Positions 54,656 to 61,177 of a stretch of DNA of 61,177 nt are shown here, one piece after another. Under the pieces are notes generated by a model. The model was not told where the DNA came from. It saw only the letters and a program-made list of their open reading frames with translations, and searched no databases. A program made the translations under genes and the position numbers. Source of the DNA: Candidatus Omnitrophota bacterium (GTDB lineage: Bacteria; Omnitrophota; Gorgyraeia; Gygaellales; JAHJCI01); assembly GCA_042570305.1 (NCBI GenBank), contig JBHPGP010000005.1, positions 1 to 61,177 of the forward strand. The letters are read 5' to 3'. Positions within the stretch are counted from its first letter, which is position 1. Each line of letters begins with the position of its first letter.

Positions 54656-56035
54656 ATGGCAAAGAAGTTATGGGGAGCAAGATTCAGAAAGAAAACCGAT
54701 CCCCTGGTGGAAGAATTCACCTCCAGTATTTCTTATGATAAGAGATTAGCCCTCTATGATATAAAAGGGAGCATCGCTCATGCAAAGATGCTGGGGAAAT
54801 GCAACATAATTACCAGGAAGGAGAGCTCCCTTCTGGTCAGTGGCCTGCGTTTTCTGGAGAAGAGGATAGAAAAGATAAAGATAGATCCGAATTCTGAAGA
54901 CATACACACGGCAGTAACAAATTTGTTAAGAAAACAAGTCGGCAGCGTAGCGGATAAACTGCATACGGCCAGGTCAAGAAATGACCAGGTAGTGCTGGAT
55001 GTAAAGATGTACTGCAAGGATGCGATTGATATTCTGGTCAGCTTAATCACATCTTTACAGAAAGTGGTAATAAGGTTTGCCGATAGGAATTCCAGGATAA
55101 TTATTCCCGCTTATACACATTTGCAGGTAGCGCAATGCGTGCTTTTAAGCCATCATTTACTGGCATACGTTGAGATGTTCCAGCGCGACAAGCAAAGATT
55201 ACTGGATGCAAAAGAAAGGACAGATTTTATGCCTTTGGGCAGCGGTGCTTTATCCGGCACGGGCCTTGGCATAAACAGGGAATACATAAAGAAGGAGCTG
55301 GGTTTTGCCAGGATAACGGACAACAGTATTGACGCGGTAAGCGACAGGGACTTTATCATTGAGTTATTGTCGTGCCTGGCTATTGCTTCAGTGCATCTAT
55401 CCAGGATAGCCGAGGATTTGATTATCTGGTCTACCAGGGAGTTTAACTTTATCAATATTGATTTCTCTTTCTGCACCGGTTCCAGCATTATGCCGCATAA
55501 GAAGAACCCTGACGTGCTTGAGTTAATCAGGGCATCGGTGGGTAAGGTGCACGGAGACCTATCAAGCGTCTTAATACTCCTAAAAGGCCTGCCCCTTTCT
55601 TACAATCGCGACCTGCAGCTGGATAAACCGCCCTTATTTAACGGCGTTGAGACCGTAAGCGACATTTTGCAGATCTTCATCGAATTATTTAAGAATATCA
55701 AACTGAACAAAAAGGTGATTATTAAGAGGATAGAAGACGAGTCGTTATTTTCCGTAGATGTGGTCGAATACCTTATCGAAAAAGGGCTATCCTACCGACA
55801 GGCACACGATATAACCGGAAGGCTAGTTAAGGATACCCTTGATAAAGGCAGAAGGATTTCAGACTTGAGCATAAAGGAATTGAAAAAATATTCGGATAAG
55901 TTTGATTCAAGAATAAAGTCTATATTGAATGCCTGGGTATCGGTAAGCCGAAAGACTTCTTACGGAGGCACAAACCCCGGCTTGGTAAAAAGACAGATAA
56001 ACAAATGGAATAAGAGATTGTATGCACGACTTTAA
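54656..56035 (+). CDS. argH: argininosuccinate lyase
   Basis: Contains 'LWGARF', 'HTARSRNDQV' and 'GSSIMPHKKNPD'. Confidence 0.95.
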   Translation: MAKKLWGARFRKKTDPLVEEFTSSISYDKRLALYDIKGSIAHAKMLGKCNIITRKESSLLVSGLRFLEKRIEKIKIDPNSEDIHTAVTNLLRKQVGSVADKLHTARSRNDQVVLDVKMYCKDAIDILVSLITSLQKVVIRFADRNSRIIIPAYTHLQVAQCVLLSHHLLAYVEMFQRDKQRLLDAKERTDFMPLGSGALSGTGLGINREYIKKELGFARITDNSIDAVSDRDFIIELLSCLAIASVHLSRIAEDLIIWSTREFNFINIDFSFCTGSSIMPHKKNPDVLELIRASVGKVHGDLSSVLILLKGLPLSYNRDLQLDKPPLFNGVETVSDILQIFIELFKNIKLNKKVIIKRIEDESLFSVDVVEYLIEKGLSYRQAHDITGRLVKDTLDKGRRISDLSIKELKKYSDKFDSRIKSILNAWVSVSRKTSYGGTNPGLVKRQINKWNKRLYARL

Positions 56036-57278
56036 ATATCGAGGCAGTCAGCTTTATTGCGAAAATGTAAAAATTGAAGAACTCGCACTGCGTTTCGGCA
56101 CCCCGCTTTATGTCTACAGCCGTAAAACCCTGCTTGCGCATTATCTGAAACTGAAGAGAGCCTTCAGGAGCATCAAGCCGTTGATTTGTTTCTCCGTTAA
56201 AGCGAATTCCAATCTGGCTATCCTCAAGACCCTGGTTAATCAGGGTGCTGGGCTGGATGTTGTTTCCGGAGGAGAGTTATTCCGCGCCCTGCGCGCAGGG
56301 TGTCCTGCGAGACGGATCGTTTATGCTTCGGTAGGTAAGACTGCGCAGGAAATCAGGCAGGCGATTGATGCCGGGATCCTCTTCTTTAACGTTGAATCCC
56401 TGCCGGAACTGGGCAACATTAACCGTATAGCCAAATCGCTACATAAAAGAGCAAGAGCGGCCATAAGGATCAATCCCGATGTTGCGCCCAAAACGCATAA
56501 ATTTATTACTACCGGCAAGCTGACCAATAAATTCGGCGTGGATTTGAAAACCGCCTATGCAATTCTTAGGCGCCGCGCAGACTTTAGTTATGTAGATATT
56601 TCTGGGTTGCACATACATATCGGTTCGCAGATTACAGAGGGTTTACCTTTTATCCAGGCGATCAGCAGGGTGGTTAAATTTTTAAACCAGCTAAAAAGGC
56701 GGGGAATTAGCCTGCAATATTTCAATATCGGAGGAGGCTTAGGGATTATTTACGATAAAGAAACTCCGCAGAGCGCGCTTGATTTTGCCAGCAGGGCTGT
56801 TCCGCTGTTACGCAAAACCGGACTTAAGATAATCCTTGAACCGGGGAGGTTTATCGCCGGCAATGCCGGTATACTCGTAGTCAGGGTTCTCTATATGAAA
56901 GATACGGCAAAGAAGAAATTCGTTATTGTCGACGGAGCTATGAACGATCTGATCCGTCCTGCCCTATACGACGCATACCACGAGATTTTACCGTTACGCA
57001 GAAGACGGCAGGCAGGCAATAGAATCAAATATGACGTGGTAGGTCCGATATGTGAAAGCTCTGATTTCTTTGCCAAAGGCAGGAGATTACCGGCTATACG
57101 GGAGGGGAATTATCTTGCAATAATGGGTGCAGGGGCTTACGGGTTTAGTATGTCCAGCAATTATAATTCCCGTTTGCGTGCTGCCGAGGTGATGGTAGCC
57201 AAAGACAAGACATATCTGGTCAGGAAGAGAGATTCGTATACGGATTTAATCGCAAACGAGCTGATTCCTAAATTATGA
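56022..57278 (+). CDS. lysA: diaminopimelate decarboxylase
   Basis: Contains 'GTPLYVY', 'FSVKANSN' (PLP lysine), 'HIHIGSQ', 'EPGRFI' and 'CESSD'. Confidence 0.93.
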   Translation: MHDFKYRGSQLYCENVKIEELALRFGTPLYVYSRKTLLAHYLKLKRAFRSIKPLICFSVKANSNLAILKTLVNQGAGLDVVSGGELFRALRAGCPARRIVYASVGKTAQEIRQAIDAGILFFNVESLPELGNINRIAKSLHKRARAAIRINPDVAPKTHKFITTGKLTNKFGVDLKTAYAILRRRADFSYVDISGLHIHIGSQITEGLPFIQAISRVVKFLNQLKRRGISLQYFNIGGGLGIIYDKETPQSALDFASRAVPLLRKTGLKIILEPGRFIAGNAGILVVRVLYMKDTAKKKFVIVDGAMNDLIRPALYDAYHEILPLRRRRQAGNRIKYDVVGPICESSDFFAKGRRLPAIREGNYLAIMGAGAYGFSMSSNYNSRLRAAEVMVAKDKTYLVRKRDSYTDLIANELIPKL

Positions 57279-58141
57279 AGAGAGAGCTTAAATTTACCAA
57301 GATGGTTGCAGCGGGCAATGATTTTATCTTAATCGATAACCGCAGCAAGAGCGCGCAACAGGCAAATCTTAAGCTGTCTTTGTTGGCAAAAAATATCTGT
57401 AATCGTAAATACGGCGTGGGAGCAGACGGCCTGCTGGTTTTGGAGAATTCAGGCAGGGCGGATTTCAGGATGCGTATCATCAACCCTGACGGCTCAGAGC
57501 CCAAGATGTGCGGAAACGGAATAAGGTGCGCTGTCTTTTACAGCGCAGGCAGAAGCCGGAGCAAATCAGGCGGCATGCTCAACATCGAAACCAGGGCAGG
57601 GAATATTCATGCAGTGGTAAATAAAGGAAGGGTAAGGTTTCAGATAACAAAGCCGCAGAATATAAAATTAGGCCAGACCTTGAAAATAAATAAGCGCGCC
57701 ATAAAGGTAAATTTTATTAATACGGGCGTTCCTCATGTGGTAATATTCACCGAAGGGCTTGATAAGATTGATGTAGTCAGTATCGGCAGGCAGGTGCGTT
57801 TTCATAAAAGATTCTTACCCGAAGGCACGAACGTTGATTTTACCCAGGTTATCGATGAAAATAATATAAAAATACGCACTTACGAGCGCGGCGTCGAGGA
57901 TGAAACCCTTGCTTGCGGCACAGGTACGGTTGCTGCCGCATTGATCACCGGATTGTATTTAGGAAGCAGGGCATGCCAAACCATAGATGTAAGGACACAA
58001 AGCCGAGAGTTGCTCAGGGTTGAGTTTGAAAGAATAAACGGAGGGTTTAAAAATGTCTGGCTGCAGGGAAAGGCCGAAATAGTCTACAAGGGTATTTTTT
58101 ATCAGGGGCCTAAGCCCCGGCCAGAAACAGGAGGATACTGA
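57275..58141 (+). CDS. dapF: diaminopimelate epimerase
   Basis: Contains 'GNDFILID', 'MCGNGIRC' and 'ACGTGTVAAA' (the two catalytic cysteines). Confidence 0.93.
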   Translation: MKRELKFTKMVAAGNDFILIDNRSKSAQQANLKLSLLAKNICNRKYGVGADGLLVLENSGRADFRMRIINPDGSEPKMCGNGIRCAVFYSAGRSRSKSGGMLNIETRAGNIHAVVNKGRVRFQITKPQNIKLGQTLKINKRAIKVNFINTGVPHVVIFTEGLDKIDVVSIGRQVRFHKRFLPEGTNVDFTQVIDENNIKIRTYERGVEDETLACGTGTVAAALITGLYLGSRACQTIDVRTQSRELLRVEFERINGGFKNVWLQGKAEIVYKGIFYQGPKPRPETGGY

Positions 58142-59022
58142 TGTTTGAGGGTTCGATTGTCGCTATCGTGACGCCATTTAAAAACGGCAAGGTTGACGAG
58201 CAAAAATTAAAAGAGCTGGTGGAATTCCAGATTAAAAACGGAACTTCCGGAATCGTACCCTGCGGCACAACCGGCGAATCTCCTACGCTTTCCACGCAAG
58301 AGCATGAAAGGGTAATAGAGATTGTGATTCAGGCAGCGAAGAAAAGAGTGCCGGTAATCGCCGGAACAGGTTCCAACAGTACCCAGGAGGCAATTGAATT
58401 ATCCCTGCATGCGCAGGAGGCAGGTGCCGACGGCCTGCTCCTGGTTTCTCCTTATTATAACAAGCCGACTCAGCAGGGGTTATACCTGCATTTTAAAGCA
58501 ATTGCCCAGAAGGTTAAGGTTCCGATTGTTCTTTATAACATTGCTTCACGCACCGGAATAAATATTGAACCGCGGACAATCGGTCGTTTAAGCCGCGATT
58601 GCAAGAATATTATCGCAGTTAAAGAAGCCTCCGGCAACCTTGACCAGATGTCGCAGATAAAAGCCTGCTGCCCGGAAAAATTTGCCTTAATCTCCGGAGA
58701 CGACTCGCTTACCCTGCCGCTGTTGAGCATAGGAGGAATCGGGGTGATTTCCGTAGTAGCGAACATTGTGCCCGGCGATGTGGCTGAGATGGTAAAAGCC
58801 TTCAGTCAGGGGGATGTTAAAAAAGCCCAATCCATACATTACAAGCTCTTGCCTCTGGTAAAAGCAATGTTTGTGGAAACCAATCCTATCCCGGTTAAGA
58901 CGGCAATGGGGTTACTCGGTTTATGCCTGCCGGATTTAAGGCTGCCACTGTGTGCAATCTCGGAAGAGAACCTAAAGAAGCTTGAAAAAGCACTGCGGGA
59001 TTACGGATTGTTAAAAAAATAA
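58141..59022 (+). CDS. dapA: 4-hydroxy-tetrahydrodipicolinate synthase
   Basis: Contains 'IVAIVTPF', 'GTTGESPTLS' and 'YNIASRTG', with the Schiff-base 'VKEASG'. Confidence 0.95.
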   Translation: MFEGSIVAIVTPFKNGKVDEQKLKELVEFQIKNGTSGIVPCGTTGESPTLSTQEHERVIEIVIQAAKKRVPVIAGTGSNSTQEAIELSLHAQEAGADGLLLVSPYYNKPTQQGLYLHFKAIAQKVKVPIVLYNIASRTGINIEPRTIGRLSRDCKNIIAVKEASGNLDQMSQIKACCPEKFALISGDDSLTLPLLSIGGIGVISVVANIVPGDVAEMVKAFSQGDVKKAQSIHYKLLPLVKAMFVETNPIPVKTAMGLLGLCLPDLRLPLCAISEENLKKLEKALRDYGLLKK

Positions 59023-59048
59023 ATTTTGATGGTCCGGCTTCGCTCACC

Positions 59049-59083
59049 ATCAACCCTGAGCGTAGTCGAAGGGTTGATTTTTT
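59049..59083 (+). terminator. rho-independent terminator between dapA and dapB
   Basis: ATCAACCCT (59049-59057) pairs with AGGGTTGAT (59070-59078). The loop is 12 nt. The T-run spans 59078-59083. Confidence 0.6.
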
Positions 59084-59094
59084 AGGGGGATAAG

Positions 59095-59817
59095 ATGATA
59101 AAACTCGGTATTGCCGGAGCAAACGGAAGGATGGGCAGGCGGATTTTTGAATTGGCGCGCAGGGATAAGGATTTTGAGGTTAAATTAGCGCTGGAGAAGA
59201 AGGGAACGCCAGTCATCGGAAAGGAGATTGGCAAGATTAAGATTTCCTCTAATCCGGACGGGATATTCCTGGTAGATGTCTTTATTGATTTTACGGTCCC
59301 CGAGGCAACCTTAATGAACCTGGATTATCTGGCGCGCTATAAGAAGGCAGCGGTTATCGGAACCACCGGGCTGGACGCGCAACAAACGAAAAAAGTCAGG
59401 GAAATAGCCAAGGTCATCCCGGTTGTTTTTTCTCCCAATATGTCTGTCGGCGTCAATGTCTTATTTGATATTCTTCCCGATATAGCCGCAAGGTTAGGGC
59501 CTGATTACGGCATTGAGATAACCGAGGTACATCACCGGGCAAAGAAAGACTCTCCCTCGGGAACGGCAAGGAGAATGGGGCAGGTCCTTTCTGAGGCAAC
59601 GGGCAAGCAGATTCCCATTCATGCCGTAAGACTTGGAGATGTTGTCGGAGAACATACAATAATATTTTGCGGAAATTCCGAACGCATCGAAATAACGCAC
59701 AGGGCACATTCCAGGGATTTGTTTGCGCTGGGGGCGCTGAAGGCGGCAAAATGGATAATAGAAAAGCCTCCGGGATTTTATTCCATGCAGGATGTTTTAG
59801 CTGGAGGAACTCAATAA
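59095..59817 (+). CDS. dapB: 4-hydroxy-tetrahydrodipicolinate reductase
   Basis: Contains 'IKLGIAGANGRMG' and 'EVHHRAKKDSPSGTA'. Confidence 0.94.
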   Translation: MIKLGIAGANGRMGRRIFELARRDKDFEVKLALEKKGTPVIGKEIGKIKISSNPDGIFLVDVFIDFTVPEATLMNLDYLARYKKAAVIGTTGLDAQQTKKVREIAKVIPVVFSPNMSVGVNVLFDILPDIAARLGPDYGIEITEVHHRAKKDSPSGTARRMGQVLSEATGKQIPIHAVRLGDVVGEHTIIFCGNSERIEITHRAHSRDLFALGALKAAKWIIEKPPGFYSMQDVLAGGTQ

Positions 59818-61005
59818 ATGAAGTATGATATTTCCCGTCAACTGAAAAAGCTACCGCCCTATCTCTTTTTGGAAATAGACCGCATTAAAAGAAAAGCCAA
59901 AAAGGAAGGCAGAGATATTATCGATTTGGGAATCGGAGACCCGGACCAGCCTACGCCGGCTTATATAATCCAGGCCCTGGCCCGCGCCGCAAAGAATCCC
60001 GCAAGCCACCGTTATGCCCTGGACCAGGGAATGCCGGCTTTACGGGAGGCGATTGCCTCCTGGTATAAAAGGCGTTTTAGTGTGCGGCTCGACCCGGAAA
60101 AGGAAATTCTTCCCTTGATTGGCTCCAAAGAGGGTATTGCACATCTGCCCTTAGGCATACTTAACCGCGGAGATTATTCTCTGGTACCTGACCCTTGTTA
60201 TCCTCCTTACCGGGGAGGAACGATACTGGCCGGAGGCAAAGTTTACCCGATGCCGTTAGTGAGAAGGAACAATTTTCTTCCTGATTTTCAGGATATTCCC
60301 TTGCGGATTGCAAAAAAAGCAAAGCTGCTTTATATAAATTACCCCAATAACCCCACTTCCGCAGTGGCCGACAAAGAATTTTACCGAAGGGTAGTACGCT
60401 TTGCCGCAAGGCATAATATTATGGTAATTTCAGACCTCGCTTATTCGGAAATCTGTTTTGACGGTTTTAAGGCACCCAGTTTTCTGGCAACTGGAGGTGC
60501 AAAAAGCTTAGGTATAGAATTCCACTCGTTGTCCAAGACTTACAATATGACCGGCTGGCGTATTGGCTGGGCGTGCGGAAATAAAAATTTAATCGGCGCG
60601 CTGGCTAAGGTAAAATCAAACATCGACTCGGGGATATTCAATGCGATCCAGATTGCCGGTATCGCGGCCTTGCAGGGTTCCCAGACGCATATAAAGAGAA
60701 GCTGTAGAATCTATCAGGAAAGAAGAGATATTTTGGTAAACGGCCTGCATTCTTTGGGCTGGAGGATAACCAGGCCAAGGGCAACCTTTTATCTATGGGC
60801 AAGGATACCCGAATATGCCGATAGCATATCCGCAGCAAGCGGTTCCTTGACACTTGCCCGCAAGCTGCTGCTTGAGGCAGGCATTGTCCTGACTCCCGGA
60901 ATAGGTTTCGGCAAGTACGGAGAAGATTACGTGCGTTTTGCCCTCACCGTAGAACAGCAGAGGATAAAAGAGGCAATCATCAGGTTGCGGGGCTACCGCA
61001 AATAA
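59818..61005 (+). CDS. dapL: LL-diaminopimelate aminotransferase (class I aminotransferase)
   Basis: Contains 'LPPYLFLEIDRIKRKAKKEGRDIIDLGIGDPDQPTP', 'NYPNNPT' and 'SLSKTYNMTGWRIG'. Sits directly after dapF-dapA-dapB. The functional assignment leans on context as well as motif resemblance. Confidence 0.75.
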   Translation: MKYDISRQLKKLPPYLFLEIDRIKRKAKKEGRDIIDLGIGDPDQPTPAYIIQALARAAKNPASHRYALDQGMPALREAIASWYKRRFSVRLDPEKEILPLIGSKEGIAHLPLGILNRGDYSLVPDPCYPPYRGGTILAGGKVYPMPLVRRNNFLPDFQDIPLRIAKKAKLLYINYPNNPTSAVADKEFYRRVVRFAARHNIMVISDLAYSEICFDGFKAPSFLATGGAKSLGIEFHSLSKTYNMTGWRIGWACGNKNLIGALAKVKSNIDSGIFNAIQIAGIAALQGSQTHIKRSCRIYQERRDILVNGLHSLGWRITRPRATFYLWARIPEYADSISAASGSLTLARKLLLEAGIVLTPGIGFGKYGEDYVRFALTVEQQRIKEAIIRLRGYRK

Positions 61006-61007
61006 TA

Positions 61008-61177
61008 ATGGTTACCTGTTTTATCGGAATCGGCTCAAATCTCGGCGACAGGCAGTATTTTATGGAGACAGCGATAAACAGGTTGAGGTTATTGACGAAT
61101 ACGCGGCTAGGCAAGATATCGCGCATAATCGAGACTATGCCGCAGGGCGGCCCCCCTCAGGGAAGATATTTGAATTG
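61008..61177 (+). CDS. folK: 2-amino-4-hydroxy-6-hydroxymethyldihydropteridine diphosphokinase (5' part, truncated by the window end)
   Basis: The translation MVTCFIGIGSNLGDRQYFMETAINRL...ISRIIETMPQGGPPQGRYLN matches the HPPK N-terminus (IGSNLGDR...YET.P.G...Q..FLN). Confidence 0.8.
   Translation, partial: MVTCFIGIGSNLGDRQYFMETAINRLRLLTNTRLGKISRIIETMPQGGPPQGRYLN

Noticed and set aside
1-61177. Mobile elements, prophage, defence systems, toxin-antitoxin pairs, rRNA or tRNA genes.
   Set aside because: All substantial ORFs are accounted for by housekeeping or envelope functions. Intergenic gaps are 288 nt or shorter. I saw no transposase, integrase or recombinase motifs, and no direct-repeat-flanked insertions apart from the possible pilin gene insertion.

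Overview
This 61 kb window is a densely packed, almost entirely plus-strand stretch of bacterial chromosome, and it is mostly core housekeeping genes. By eye it is mid-GC and its envelope is Gram-negative in type (PagL, LolA-like protein, outer-membrane barrels).

Gene order:
- 1-3.3 kb: DUF503, rbfA, nrnA, truB, ribF.
- 3.4-19.6 kb: a complete, canonical dcw cluster (mraZ, rsmH, ftsL, ftsI, murE, murF, mraY, murD, ftsW, murG, murC, murB, ddl, ftsQ, ftsA). It ends without ftsZ.
- 19.7-29.8 kb: proC, MTA phosphorylase, a PfkB kinase, ileS, a DksA/TraR zinc finger, lspA, lgt, rluD, a coiled-coil membrane protein, aroA.
- 30-35.2 kb: the elongasome operon mreB, mreC, mreD, mrdA, rodA.
- 35.2-42.2 kb: the only clearly accessory block. 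It holds a PagL-like lipid A deacylase, an acyl-CoA/AMP ligase translationally coupled to an MMPL/HAE3-type RND pump, a LolA-like periplasmic protein and a DUF1302-like outer-membrane barrel.
- 42.5-47.6 kb: a 48-aa DUF5679 zinc-ribbon protein (missed by the ORF track), rsfS, argS, recJ, rpmB (the only minus-strand gene), rplM, rpsI.
- 47.8-61.2 kb: a long amino-acid biosynthesis supraoperon (argC, argJ, argB, argD, argF, a pilin-like gene, argG, argH, lysA, dapF, dapA, then dapB, dapL and the start of folK).

I found no rRNA, tRNA, CRISPR array, transposase, integrase or phage genes.

Most interesting observations:
1. The five-gene envelope-lipid module looks like a complete but uncharacterised trans-envelope lipid export route.
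2. A modular, hairpin-rich repeat of about 117-155 nt occurs twice. Each copy ends 4-5 nt before a start codon (ftsA and argC). Its central hairpin module is in opposite orientation in the two copies.
3. The FtsA homologue has degenerate nucleotide-binding loops, and no ftsZ follows it.
4. A textbook MraZ operator sits downstream of a consensus-like promoter.
5. rsfS has no canonical start codon.
6. proC, rpmB and rplM have promoter geometry suggesting leaderless or near-leaderless mRNAs.

All product calls rest on motif recognition by eye. No database search was possible.
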